43,575 nt of DNA from Desulfovibrio desulfuricans (GCA_003251995.1 QKDT01000015.1:1-43575), one strand, 5' to 3'; counted from the first letter of the stretch, positions 6,500 through 15,618 are shown. Numbers and translations: made by a program. The notes: generated by a model from the sequence alone, not told the origin.

Positions 6500-7875
6500 T
6501 GAGCCAGCTAACCAACGTGATTGAAATGCGCCGCGAGGCTGAACGCGATTTTGTGCGGGCCGCAGCCTGCGGGATAGTCCAGCGAGTGATTGAGGCTGAT
6601 TCCGTGCTGGCGGTTTGTCCTGCTGGACTGATTACCCACGATTTGCAGGCTCAGGCAGTGTACAGCGCGATTTCCGCGATTGCAGCAGACCATAAACGCC
6701 CCGACCCCGTGACGGTTGGCGAATGGGTGAATGCTCATTCCAAGGATTACCCCGGAGTGGGCATGGCTGATGTTGCCAATTTTTACGCTCTGTCCATCGC
6801 CTCAGCGCGTGAAGAAACGATTCTGCACTTGGCCGGAATCGTGCGCCGTGAAGGGCTGAAACAACAGGCAGAGAGCAAATTGTTGGGCATGGTCGCTGAT
6901 TGCCAGCGGTATGGTAACGAGCCTTCGGAAATAGCAAGTGGGGCGGCAATACTTGCAACGCAACTTGAGGGCGGATGCGCAGACCGGACGGATTACAGCC
7001 TAAGTGCAATTATGCGCCGGGTGGTGGCAAAGCTGGAAAACGGAGAAGCCGCAAAGCCTTTGCCGACCCCATATCCAGAGCTAAACAAAATTTTAAAGGG
7101 TGGTCTTGTCCCTGGCGAATTGGCTGTAATGGCTGCACGTCCAGCATTGGGTAAAACAGCCCTCGCAACCTGTTTCGGCGTTGAGGCGGCGAGGCTTGGG
7201 CATCCAGTGCTTGAAATAAGCCGCGAAGTCAAAGACGAGACGGTTGCCTCGCGCATACTTGCCCGCGAAGCCCGCATTGATTCGCGTATTTTCAGACAAG
7301 GTATCGAACATGCTCCTAACCTCATGCCGAAAATACAGAGCGCGCAAGAGCAGCTTGATGCTCTGCCCCTGCTGATCGTTGAAAAGTCCATTGCCCCCAT
7401 GACACCGCGTGAAGTGAGACGCATTGCAAAGAGCATGGGCGGAGTTGGGCTAATTATCATCGACTATTTGCAGCTCATGGAGGCCGATACAAAGAGCAAT
7501 AGCCGTGAGCGGGAGGTGGCCGAAATGAGCCGCAGCTTCAAGCAACTCGCGCTCGACTGCAATTGCCCTGTGCTTTTACTGAGCCAGTTGAGCCGAAAGA
7601 TGGAAGAAGAAAACAGAAAGCCACGTCTTTCTGACCTGCGTGAGTCTGGCGCGATTGAACAAGATGCAGACATTGTGATGTTTTTGCATACCTCGCGCGC
7701 CGAACAGGCTTTGCCTACTCCAAAGGTTGAATTGATCGTTGCCAAGGGACGCAGTTCTGGCGTTGGTTCCTGTGCTCTCTGCTTTGAAAAACCGTTTGCG
7801 AATTTTTATCCCACGACGATGCCAACCGAGATCGAAACAAAGCGCACCGGGCGCAATATGGACAACGGCCTGTAA
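6499..7875 (+). CDS. dnaB: replicative DnaB-like helicase
   Basis: Walker A (AARPALGKT), IIIDYLQL, LSQLSR, LSDLRESGAIEQDADIV. Confidence 0.95.
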   Translation: MSQLTNVIEMRREAERDFVRAAACGIVQRVIEADSVLAVCPAGLITHDLQAQAVYSAISAIAADHKRPDPVTVGEWVNAHSKDYPGVGMADVANFYALSIASAREETILHLAGIVRREGLKQQAESKLLGMVADCQRYGNEPSEIASGAAILATQLEGGCADRTDYSLSAIMRRVVAKLENGEAAKPLPTPYPELNKILKGGLVPGELAVMAARPALGKTALATCFGVEAARLGHPVLEISREVKDETVASRILAREARIDSRIFRQGIEHAPNLMPKIQSAQEQLDALPLLIVEKSIAPMTPREVRRIAKSMGGVGLIIIDYLQLMEADTKSNSREREVAEMSRSFKQLALDCNCPVLLLSQLSRKMEEENRKPRLSDLRESGAIEQDADIVMFLHTSRAEQALPTPKVELIVAKGRSSGVGSCALCFEKPFANFYPTTMPTEIETKRTGRNMDNGL

Positions 7876-7946
7876 TGTGTAACCGCACCGACTGCGCCTG
7901 AACCTGGGCCGGGGAGCTGGCGTGTAAGTGGTGCGAGGAGGGGGAG

Positions 7947-8147
7947 ATGCGAAAATTATCGCGTTGTATGCGCAGGGCATTGGAAGATTTGTACAACCCT
8001 TGTTGTAGCGCGTCAGCATATTTCCAACAGCCGACATTGCAGGCTCTTGAACGGCGCGGTCTGGCAGTTAGGTCTTTCGGTAGGTGGCGCGTGACAGACG
8101 AGGGGGAAAAGCTGTTGGAACAATATGAAACGGCGGCTATCCAATGA
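7947..8147 (+). CDS. hypothetical protein (winged-helix-like)
   Basis: Strong GAGGGGGAG RBS; TLQALERRGL...WRVTDEG motif. Confidence 0.6.
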   Translation: MRKLSRCMRRALEDLYNPCCSASAYFQQPTLQALERRGLAVRSFGRWRVTDEGEKLLEQYETAAIQ

Positions 8148-8187
8148 CCACCACCCCTTGCGCAATTTGAACAACTCGATGGAGATA

Positions 8188-8445
8188 ATGGCAATGACAT
8201 ACGAAGCACAACACTCAGTTTGTGGGCTTGCCGTAGGCGACAAGGTGCGCTTAGTGCGCCGTCCGGAAAAGGATGAACGAGGATGGCAATACGGTTGGGA
8301 GAGGATGCTCGACCAGCATATCGGAAGGGTATTTGAAATTCTTGAGGATGAAGGAAAGTATGGTTTTTCCATTCCTTTGCACTATCGCGGGAGCATTTGG
8401 GTATACCCGCGTGTACCGTTTTTCGTGTTGGAGAAGGTGGCATAG
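8188..8445 (+). CDS. hypothetical protein (SH3/KOW-like)
   Basis: GGAGA RBS; LAVGDKVRLV motif; packed against the next gene. Confidence 0.65.
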   Translation: MAMTYEAQHSVCGLAVGDKVRLVRRPEKDERGWQYGWERMLDQHIGRVFEILEDEGKYGFSIPLHYRGSIWVYPRVPFFVLEKVA

Positions 8446-8446
8446 C

Positions 8447-8926
8447 ATGGCAGTAATCGGAATTGACCCAGGAACAAAGTGCGGCTGGTGCGTGCTGCAT
8501 GACGGCGGCGGCATGGATTCCGGGACATGGAACTTGAAAGGCGGGCGGTTTGAGGGTGGCGGCATGCGGTTCCTTCGGATGCGGCAACACATTGCGGAAC
8601 TGCTCGACACCGTGAAGCCGGGAATGCTGGCGTTTGAAGAAGTGCGCCGTCATCAGGGCGTTGATGCAGCCCATATTTACGGCGGAATTATTGCGGTGAT
8701 TACCGAAGAATGCGAACGCCGAAGCATCCCGTACATGGGCATACCGGTAGGCACCATCAAAAAGCGGGCAACCGGCAAGGGCAATGCTGGGAAGCCTGAA
8801 ATGATGGACGCAGTGCGCAGGGAGTGGCCCGGCTGGGACGGTGACGATAACGAGGCTGATGCACGCTGGATTGCGGTGTGCGCTGGGGAAGCGGCGTTTG
8901 AATCAATATTGCCGCGCTATCAATAG
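8447..8926 (+). CDS. RuvC-like Holliday junction resolvase
   Basis: IGIDPG, AFEEV, KKRATGKGNAGK, DNEADA motifs. Confidence 0.88.
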   Translation: MAVIGIDPGTKCGWCVLHDGGGMDSGTWNLKGGRFEGGGMRFLRMRQHIAELLDTVKPGMLAFEEVRRHQGVDAAHIYGGIIAVITEECERRSIPYMGIPVGTIKKRATGKGNAGKPEMMDAVRREWPGWDGDDNEADARWIAVCAGEAAFESILPRYQ

Positions 8927-8944
8927 CAAACAAGGACGGAACGC

Positions 8945-9304
8945 ATGGGTACGGAAGCAATCAAATATGACGGCGGAAAGCCGCGCATGGACTTGATACC
9001 CCCGGAATCAATGGTGGCTATGGGAGCGGTTTTGGCGGTTGGGGCGAAAAAATATTCCGGGCGTAATTGGGAAAACGGGTGCGATTGGGGCCGCATTAAC
9101 GCAGCTTTAAAGAGGCATCTTACAGCGTGGGAAGCTGGGCAAGACAACGACCCAGAGACAAATTTGCCGCATTTATGGCAAGTGCTGACCAATGCCGCAT
9201 TCCTCGTTACGTTCGCGGCGCGCGGGGTGGGTACAGACGACAGGCCAAAGGGGTGCGCGGTTGATTTGTGGTCGGCCCCTAAAGCGGAAGAGCAGGCCGA
9301 ATGA
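8945..9304 (+). CDS. dATP/dGTP diphosphohydrolase-domain protein (DUF5664-like)
   Basis: KYDGGKPRMDLIP...GAKKYSGRNWENG...RHLTAW..G.DNDPET.LPHL signature. Confidence 0.85.
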   Translation: MGTEAIKYDGGKPRMDLIPPESMVAMGAVLAVGAKKYSGRNWENGCDWGRINAALKRHLTAWEAGQDNDPETNLPHLWQVLTNAAFLVTFAARGVGTDDRPKGCAVDLWSAPKAEEQAE

Positions 9305-10101
9305 GCCGGGGCTTTTACCGCCTCTTTGCAGGCTCCGACTTTCACTGCGGGCATTTCGCCGGGCTGACGCATCCTGGCTGGCATTACGCACTTGACGGGG
9401 CGCGGGGGATTATTGGCGAGTTGCAGCGGGAAACATGGGGCTGGTTTGCTGGTGAGATCGCCAAGTTGCGGCCCTTTGACGGCGCGGCACTGGTTGGCGA
9501 CCTGTTGGACGGTGACGGTGCGGCCTCTGGCGGTACAGAGCTTATCACCACTGATCGTAACGAACAGGTGGAGATGGCCTGTAAGGTGGTGGAAACCATC
9601 GGAGCTAAGCACAACCGCTTTGTTTACGGCACGGCCTATCACACAGGCAAGCATGAGGACTTTGAAAACCAGATCGCCCAGCGGTTTGGCGCTGAGATAT
9701 CAGATCAGGCGTGGGTGGAGAAGCACGGCGTAGTATTCCACCTCAAGCACCACGTAGGCGGAACATCCATACCCCATGGCAAGGGGACGGCCTTGATGAA
9801 AGACATGCTGTGGAATCAGTTGTGGGCCGAGATGGAAGCGCAGCCACGGGCAAACATCTTTCTGCGTGGTCACACACATCGTTACATCGGTATTGACGAC
9901 ATAGGGCCAAACGGCAGCCCACGCATGGGGTTTTGCCTGCCAGCCCTGCAATCAGCACAGACCAAGTTCGGCGGCAGACGGTGCAGTGGCATCGTCCATT
10001 TCGGGTTCATGCATTTCGACATTTACGAAAATGGGAGTGTGCAGTGGGTACGACACATACTCAATGTTCGGGCGGCAGTCCCGCAGGTGGAAAATCTTTG
10101 A
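9301..10101 (+). CDS. calcineurin-like metallophosphoesterase
   Basis: SDFHCG, GDLLDG, GTAYH, HH, RGHTH metal-binding motifs. Confidence 0.8.
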   Translation: MSRGFYRLFAGSDFHCGHFAGLTHPGWHYALDGARGIIGELQRETWGWFAGEIAKLRPFDGAALVGDLLDGDGAASGGTELITTDRNEQVEMACKVVETIGAKHNRFVYGTAYHTGKHEDFENQIAQRFGAEISDQAWVEKHGVVFHLKHHVGGTSIPHGKGTALMKDMLWNQLWAEMEAQPRANIFLRGHTHRYIGIDDIGPNGSPRMGFCLPALQSAQTKFGGRRCSGIVHFGFMHFDIYENGSVQWVRHILNVRAAVPQVENL

Positions 10102-10346
10102 TCTTTGACGCTGAGGCAATGGTCAAACTTCTCGCCGACCAGGCTACGGCAACTGGTAGGGGCGAGGGCATGACCTCCAGTGAGCTGGCGGCAGAGCTTG
10201 GTTTTGGGAAGGAAAAGACGCTCAAACTCATTAAAATGGCTGTAACAAGCGGGAGGTTCCGCGTGACACGCAAGACCGTTACGAATATCGCTGGCATACA
10301 GGCTGTTGTGCCCAGCTATGTGCTGAGCGAGGAGGTGGAAGAGTAG
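10098..10346 (+). CDS. winged-HTH protein
   Basis: GMTSSELAAELGFGKEKTLKLIK; overlaps the upstream stop (start TTG 10098 or ATG 10119). Confidence 0.65.
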   Translation: MIFDAEAMVKLLADQATATGRGEGMTSSELAAELGFGKEKTLKLIKMAVTSGRFRVTRKTVTNIAGIQAVVPSYVLSEEVEE

Positions 10347-10630
10347 TGGCTGTAAACCACCAGTTGACAACCACCGTCGGGCAGGGCGTGGGGTTTGAAC
10401 GGACGCGCAGGATTACTGGTTTTCTCGTTGGGACACTAGACCGCTTCAACAACGCCAAGCGCGCCGAAGAACGCGACAGGGTGAAACATGGGGTTTGTGG
10501 TGCGCCGATTATCACGCCAATGAATATGCAGTTTTTGCGTGAACTCGTATTGAATGGGCCAGATGACACTCAGTGCATTTGTGGGTGTGATATTTACGGG
10601 ACATTGCCAGAACGGGAGGGCTTATGTTGA
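10346..10630 (+). CDS. stand-alone anaerobic ribonucleotide reductase (NrdD) C-terminal mini-protein
   Basis: RTRRITGFLVGTLDRFNNAKRAEERDRVKH matches the NrdD C-terminal glycyl-radical region. Confidence 0.8.
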   Translation: MAVNHQLTTTVGQGVGFERTRRITGFLVGTLDRFNNAKRAEERDRVKHGVCGAPIITPMNMQFLRELVLNGPDDTQCICGCDIYGTLPEREGLC

Positions 10631-10899
10631 TTGAAGTTCGGGTACAACTCAACGGCACAATCAAAGACGATCTCGACCGGGTATCGCACGCCATCGCCAC
10701 GGCACGACTCGCCATGCGCGCGCCGGACGATATGGCAGTGTTCGGCCCAAGGTGGGAGCGTGACGAAATGGGGCATATCTGCGCAGTGCGGTACAGGTGC
10801 AGCAACACGCATCCGGCGGGTAATTGCCGGGTGTGGGAACTGCTGGCAAGGCCGATGGAATTTTTTGCTGACGCGCAGGGCAGCGCGGTGGCGGCGTAG
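10624..10899 (+). CDS. hypothetical protein
   Basis: GGAGG RBS, overlapping start; 91 aa. Confidence 0.65.
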   Translation: MLIEVRVQLNGTIKDDLDRVSHAIATARLAMRAPDDMAVFGPRWERDEMGHICAVRYRCSNTHPAGNCRVWELLARPMEFFADAQGSAVAA

Positions 10900-10909
10900 G
10901 AGGTAAGGC

Positions 10910-11110
10910 ATGGACGGACGGGCAGAACGGAGCACACAGTTACAGGGGTGGGTACAGATCGAGCGGTACTTAGGGCTGACGCGCAATACAATACTGGCGC
11001 GAGGCTATCCAGTGCGCAAGGATGGTGGTGTGTTTGCATTCCGAGAAGAACTGGACACGCACGCTAAAAGCAGACCATCGAAAAGTATCGTTGACAATGT
11101 TTCACATTAA
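10910..11110 (+). CDS. small HTH DNA-binding protein (possible late-gene regulator)
   Basis: AGGAGG RBS; LQGWVQIERYLGLTRNTI...GYPVRK.GGVFA.REELD (MerR/Xis-like HTH); last gene before the lysis cassette. Confidence 0.7.
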   Translation: MDGRAERSTQLQGWVQIERYLGLTRNTILARGYPVRKDGGVFAFREELDTHAKSRPSKSIVDNVSH

Positions 11111-11166
11111 TTGACGCTTTCTCACAATCTTTCATATAGGTAAAAGATTGCATTGCGCTATATAAT
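11091..11166 (+). promoter_or_regulatory. putative late promoter region
   Basis: Perfect TATAAT at 11161-11166 without a canonical -35; upstream tandem TTGAC-N7-CACA repeats (11091, 11111) and inverted repeat CAATCTTT/AAAGATTG. Confidence 0.45.
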
Positions 11167-11187
11167 TGCTGCAAACAGGGGCAGTAT

Positions 11188-11853
11188 ATGGCGATTGAGA
11201 TTGATGCAATTCTGGCGTTGCTTGCGCAAGTCGAGGGGCGGCGTGTTGCGGTTGGGTATGTGCCGTCACGCCGTAACTCTGATGGCGTAGGCAAGAATTA
11301 CGTTGGGCGCTCCATGCCCGTATCCAACGGCATGCCTGCATATCCTGTTTGCGGCAACCATGCAGATTTTACCGCCTTAGATTCCAGCGGCGTCACCATC
11401 GGCACCGGGATTGACCTTGGCGCATATGATGCCAAGACCCTGCTGGGCTACGGTCTGCCTATGGGCATCGTCAACGTGTTGCGTCCGTACTTTGGACTCA
11501 AGCGCTCCGATGCCCTTTCTACGCTCTATCGCCTCCCTCTGATTATATCCCATGACACCGCAGCACTCCTAGACGAGTGCGTTATCGCTGGTGACTGCAA
11601 GGCGTACATTGCCCCCGCATATGAACGCGATTCTGGCGTGTCGTTTGAGTCGCTGCCTGCCCAAGCGCAGGCTGTGACTTTTTCCGTCTGCTACCAGTAC
11701 GGCGTTGCGGGCTGGCGCAAGTTTGCCCCGGTTACATGGGGATACCTGTGCAAGCAGGATTGGTGCAAGGCCAGCGCTGAGCTGATTAACGGGTTCAAAC
11801 CTTACGCAAGCCGCCGGGCCATTGAAGGCACGCTGCTCAAGGAGTTGTGCTGA
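11188..11853 (+). CDS. endolysin, pesticin C-terminal-like muramidase
   Basis: EG...GYVP...SGVTIGTGIDLG...LPAQAQAVTFSVCYQYG...RRAIE motifs. Confidence 0.85.
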   Translation: MAIEIDAILALLAQVEGRRVAVGYVPSRRNSDGVGKNYVGRSMPVSNGMPAYPVCGNHADFTALDSSGVTIGTGIDLGAYDAKTLLGYGLPMGIVNVLRPYFGLKRSDALSTLYRLPLIISHDTAALLDECVIAGDCKAYIAPAYERDSGVSFESLPAQAQAVTFSVCYQYGVAGWRKFAPVTWGYLCKQDWCKASAELINGFKPYASRRAIEGTLLKELC

Positions 11854-12251
11854 TGGGCGCTCTACTCGCCGCTCTGCCCATCGTTGGCAACCTCATTTCT
11901 GGACTTCTGGACTGTCTGAGCGGCGATAAAAAGGCGCAGGCAGAACAAGCCCTCAAGCTACTTGAAATGGCGCAGACTGAGGCGCAGGCGCAGGCGGAGA
12001 TAAACAAGGCTGAGGCTGCAAGCGGCTCTGTGTTTGTTGGTGGCTGGCGACCGTTCATCGGCTGGGTGTGCGGTGCTGCCCTAGCATTCCAGTATATCGT
12101 GCGCCCATTCTGGATATGGGCAATCGCTGTGTGGTGGCCTAATTCCCCCATCCCGCCCGGTTTGGATAGTAACCTGTGGGAACTCATGTTGGGCATGCTT
12201 GGCCTTGGCGGGCTGCGTAGCTTTGAAAAGGTCAAGGGATTGGGCAAATGA
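11853..12251 (+). CDS. 3TM holin (GTA-holin type)
   Basis: INKAEAASGSVFVGGWRPFIGWVCG...MLGLGGLRSFEKVKG signature. Confidence 0.9.
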   Translation: MGALLAALPIVGNLISGLLDCLSGDKKAQAEQALKLLEMAQTEAQAQAEINKAEAASGSVFVGGWRPFIGWVCGAALAFQYIVRPFWIWAIAVWWPNSPIPPGLDSNLWELMLGMLGLGGLRSFEKVKGLGK

Positions 12252-12592
12252 CAGCCGCCGTCCGCGATTTTTTAATCAAGTTTGGGGCAAGCCTCGCAGT
12301 GTCTGGCGTGGTTGCGTTTTTTTCAACGATGTTTGGCATGTACGTTTATAATGCGCAGCAGCAGGTTTCGATTTCAAACATGCAGCGCGACATTGAGCGG
12401 CATGACACCCGTATTGAGCGTCTTGAGTTGCGCAGCGAGGCCCAGGGCAAGGACTTGGCAAGGCTGAGCAGGATGCCGGACGACCTTAAGGAAATTCGCG
12501 AAGACGTTAAGAAACTCCTGTCGCGTGGCGTGGCGGTCAATGCGGGGCAGCCCGGCAGCATGCAGCAGATTTACAGCCTGCCGAGGGAGTAG
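12248..12592 (+). CDS. membrane-anchored coiled-coil lysis-region protein
   Basis: One N-terminal TM segment followed by a coiled coil; ATGA overlap with the holin. Confidence 0.7.
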   Translation: MTAAVRDFLIKFGASLAVSGVVAFFSTMFGMYVYNAQQQVSISNMQRDIERHDTRIERLELRSEAQGKDLARLSRMPDDLKEIREDVKKLLSRGVAVNAGQPGSMQQIYSLPRE

Positions 12593-12599
12593 CGCATGA

Positions 12600-13049
12600 A
12601 TGGACACACTCAGCATACAGCGGCGCATACTGGCGGCAGACCTCACGCCCACGGAGAAGCTGGTGGGCATGGCCCTAGCCCCGCACGTCAATCTGACGAG
12701 CGGGCATATCCGCATACGGCAGGCGACAACCGCGCAGGAATGCGGCTTATCAACCCGCACAGTTAAGCGGGCTGTCCGTGGGCTGATCGAGGCCGGTATA
12801 TTTGACTCAAAGCGCACAGGCCGAGCGACCATATTGATACCGCTCGATGGCGCTGCGAGTGTAAAGAACAGTGGAATAGTGGAAAGGTCACTGGTGACCC
12901 ATCAGATAGGTCATGGGCGACCTATCAGGAGCAGGCAACGGAGTATGCCGTGGGAACTGGACACGACCCTGAGTACACCAGCCGAGGAGCGGTGCAAGCG
13001 GGAAGAGGCGAGGGAAGCGAAAGCTGCCCAACGTCATGCCCGTTGCTAG
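12600..13049 (+). CDS. winged-HTH protein (HTH_36 / Rep N-terminal-like)
   Basis: LTPTEKLVGMALA...RQATTAQECGLSTRTVKRAVRGLIEAG. Confidence 0.75.
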   Translation: MDTLSIQRRILAADLTPTEKLVGMALAPHVNLTSGHIRIRQATTAQECGLSTRTVKRAVRGLIEAGIFDSKRTGRATILIPLDGAASVKNSGIVERSLVTHQIGHGRPIRSRQRSMPWELDTTLSTPAEERCKREEAREAKAAQRHARC

Positions 13050-13119
13050 GGCCAAGTGGGTGCACGGTTGCATGTGGCAAAGAAGAGATTGAATGCCCGG
13101 TGGTTGGGCGGGTGTGAGT

Positions 13120-13200
13120 AGGATGGGAGGGGGGGGTAAATGTTCAGTGATTTCAAGCGGAAGACCGTGCTGGGGCTTCCGCGTGCGATTCCGGTCATAA
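13120..13200. other. probable cos/packaging-initiation region
   Basis: Non-coding G-run (GGGAGGGGGGGGTAAA) followed by GACCG...GGGG just upstream of a P27-type terS, the usual context in HK97-like phages; exact cut site not determinable. Confidence 0.45.
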
Positions 13201-13229
13201 ACGGCGGATGCTTTTAAGGGTCTGATATC

Positions 13230-13700
13230 ATGGGAAAGCGCGGTTCTGTAGGCTCACAGGCGAAACGGACTAAAGGGGTTGCGGCGGCGGTAGATGCCGG
13301 GTCGTTTCCTGCGCCTGACTACCTGAGTCCTACAGCACTTGAGTACTGGACTACCACGGTAGCGGCTTTTCCTGTGGGGCATTTCACGGATAGCGACCGC
13401 GTGCTGTTGGAACAGTACTGCGAGGCCGCTGCTACTCACCGAAATGCGGGTCTGATCATACAGAAAGAGGGCCGAAAATACAAGGACGATAAGGGAATCT
13501 GGCGCAGGAATTTGGCTGTAGATGATGCCCATCAGGCCCGTTGCGATTGCGCCATGCTGGCAACCAAACTGCGCATTACCAAGACCAGCATGATCTCTCC
13601 CAAGTCTGCGGGCAGGGCCGCGCAGGATGCAACGGATACCAACAGGGCAAATGATGGGTTTGGCGGGCTGCTCTTTGGTGGCAGCGAAGCGAGGCAATAG
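13230..13700 (+). CDS. terS: terminase small subunit (P27 family)
   Basis: MGKRG start, PAPDYLS..A..YW, D..LLEQYC, LATKLRIT motifs. Confidence 0.85.
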   Translation: MGKRGSVGSQAKRTKGVAAAVDAGSFPAPDYLSPTALEYWTTTVAAFPVGHFTDSDRVLLEQYCEAAATHRNAGLIIQKEGRKYKDDKGIWRRNLAVDDAHQARCDCAMLATKLRITKTSMISPKSAGRAAQDATDTNRANDGFGGLLFGGSEARQ

Positions 13701-13705
13701 GACAT

Positions 13706-13996
13706 ATGGGCAAGCACAAGCACATTTACAACACAGCACGCTGGCAGCAGATACGCGCCGCGAAGCTGCGGGACTGCCCCCTGTGTGAATACTGCCCTCC
13801 TGACCGCAGAAAGGCCGCAACGGACGTTGACCACTTCAAGGCTATTGAAGACGGCGGCGCACCCTATGACATGGAAAATTTACGCAGTGCTTGCCATGAG
13901 TGCCACAGCCAGAAGACGGCACACGGTGAAAGGCTGCACGGCTGTGATGAAAACGGTTGGCCCCGCGACCCGCATAACCCTTGGAATGCTGCATGA
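13706..13996 (+). CDS. HNH endonuclease (HK97 gp74-like packaging cofactor)
   Basis: YNTARWQQIR...PLCEYC...VDH...NLRSACHECHSQKT...GCDENGWPRDP. Confidence 0.9.
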   Translation: MGKHKHIYNTARWQQIRAAKLRDCPLCEYCPPDRRKAATDVDHFKAIEDGGAPYDMENLRSACHECHSQKTAHGERLHGCDENGWPRDPHNPWNAA

Positions 13997-15618
13997 TGAA
14001 CGGTGAAACTCAATATTGCCAGCGTGTACAGCGCATAATCGCATTCTGTGAGCTGCTTACGCTGCCTGATGGCGCATATGTGGGCCAGAATGTGAAGCTG
14101 CGTGCGTGGCAAAAAGAGTTCATCAATGCCGTTTACGGGCCGCAGAATGCCAATGGTTTGCGCCGTGTGCGCGAAGCATTGCTTACCATGGGCAGGAAGA
14201 ACGGTAAAACGGCCCTGATTGCGATGCTTTTGCTGGTTCATCTGTGCGGGCCTGAGGCTATCCGCAATGGACAGCTTTACAGCGTGGCCTTTGACCGCGA
14301 ACAGGCCGCGATTGTGTTCAAATACGCTGCTGCCATGGTCTACGCCAGTGATGGACTTTGCTCACGGTTGGTCGTTTTGGAGTCGAAAAAGTCCATAAAA
14401 GACCCCACATCAGGCAGCGTTTACCAGGCACTTTCGGCAGAAAGCCGCACAAAACACGGTAAATCTTCAAGTTTCATCATCTTTGACGAGCTGGCGCAGT
14501 TTGGCAATGACCGTGAGTTGTACGACACGATGATGACAAGCCGTGGTGCGCACGCAGAGCCGCTTGTCATGGTCATTTCGACACAGGCTGCCAGTGACGC
14601 GGCGTTGCTTTCGGAGCTGGTCGACCGGGGCAAGAAAATCATATCCGGCGAGGTGGTTGACCCCACCAGCGTGGCCTTTGTGTACGAAGTGCCAGCCGAT
14701 GCAGATATTTTTGACGAGGCGAACTGGTATCTTGCTAACCCCGCGCTGGGCGACTTCCTGAATATCGAAATTTTGCGCGAGGATGCCGAGAAAGCCAAGG
14801 CCATGCCGGGGGCCGAGGCTGCATTCCGCAACCTGTACATGAATCAGCGCGTCAGTGCTGACAAGCCATTTGTGACCGTGGACGTGTGGAAGCGCAACGG
14901 CGGCAAGCCTAGCATGAAAATTTTTGAATCCGGCACGCCATGCACGGCGGGGCTTGACCTGTCGAGCAAGAATGACCTCACGGCTTTGGTATTCGCTGCC
15001 GAGGACGAAGACCACAAGTACCATGTGCTGCCGTACTTCTGGACGCCCAAGGGCGGCATTGAAGAACGGGCGCACCGTGACCGCGTGCCTTACGACCTGT
15101 GGGAGAATCAAGGCTACCTGACGGCAACGCCGGGGGCCGTGGTCGACTATGACTACATAGCCGCGTTCTTGGGCGAGTGCCACGCCTCCTACAACATTAC
15201 CGGGATTCGCTTTGACCGTTGGCGGGTTGATCTGCTCAAGGCTGCAATCATCAAGGCTGGCATTCCTTGCTACATCGAGGGGAAGGACGAGGCCGTTTCT
15301 GGAGGTCTGCGCCTGATTCCTCACGGTCAAGGCTTCAAAGATTTCGGGCCAGCAGTTGACCGCCTTGAGGATTTGCTTCTTGAGGGCCGCGTGCTGCATG
15401 GCGGGCATCCAATCCTGACCATGTGTGCCTCAAACACTCGCGTGGTGCAAGACCCTGCTGGAAACCGTAAGTTTGACAAGATGAAAAGCACAGGCCGCAT
15501 TGACGGCATGGTTGCCCTCGGCATGGCTGTGAACTGGACGGAAGACGCCGCGCCTGTGAAAGAGGGCGGTATATTTGACTGGGCCGGATTTTTGGCCGCA
15601 AGGGAGGCCCGCGCATGA
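13993..15618 (+). CDS. terL: terminase large subunit
   Basis: Walker A GRKNGKT, Walker B IIFDE, ISTQ, GLDLS, RIDGMVALGMA. Confidence 0.95.
   Translation: MMNGETQYCQRVQRIIAFCELLTLPDGAYVGQNVKLRAWQKEFINAVYGPQNANGLRRVREALLTMGRKNGKTALIAMLLLVHLCGPEAIRNGQLYSVAFDREQAAIVFKYAAAMVYASDGLCSRLVVLESKKSIKDPTSGSVYQALSAESRTKHGKSSSFIIFDELAQFGNDRELYDTMMTSRGAHAEPLVMVISTQAASDAALLSELVDRGKKIISGEVVDPTSVAFVYEVPADADIFDEANWYLANPALGDFLNIEILREDAEKAKAMPGAEAAFRNLYMNQRVSADKPFVTVDVWKRNGGKPSMKIFESGTPCTAGLDLSSKNDLTALVFAAEDEDHKYHVLPYFWTPKGGIEERAHRDRVPYDLWENQGYLTATPGAVVDYDYIAAFLGECHASYNITGIRFDRWRVDLLKAAIIKAGIPCYIEGKDEAVSGGLRLIPHGQGFKDFGPAVDRLEDLLLEGRVLHGGHPILTMCASNTRVVQDPAGNRKFDKMKSTGRIDGMVALGMAVNWTEDAAPVKEGGIFDWAGFLAAREARA

Noticed and set aside
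8945-9304. Z-genome (2-aminoadenine) biosynthesis system
   Set aside because: No PurZ, no HD-domain dATPase and no phage DNA polymerase in the genome.
12248-12592. Spanin pair
   Set aside because: TM plus coiled coil could fit an i-spanin, but I found no lipobox-containing o-spanin ORF, so it was not called.
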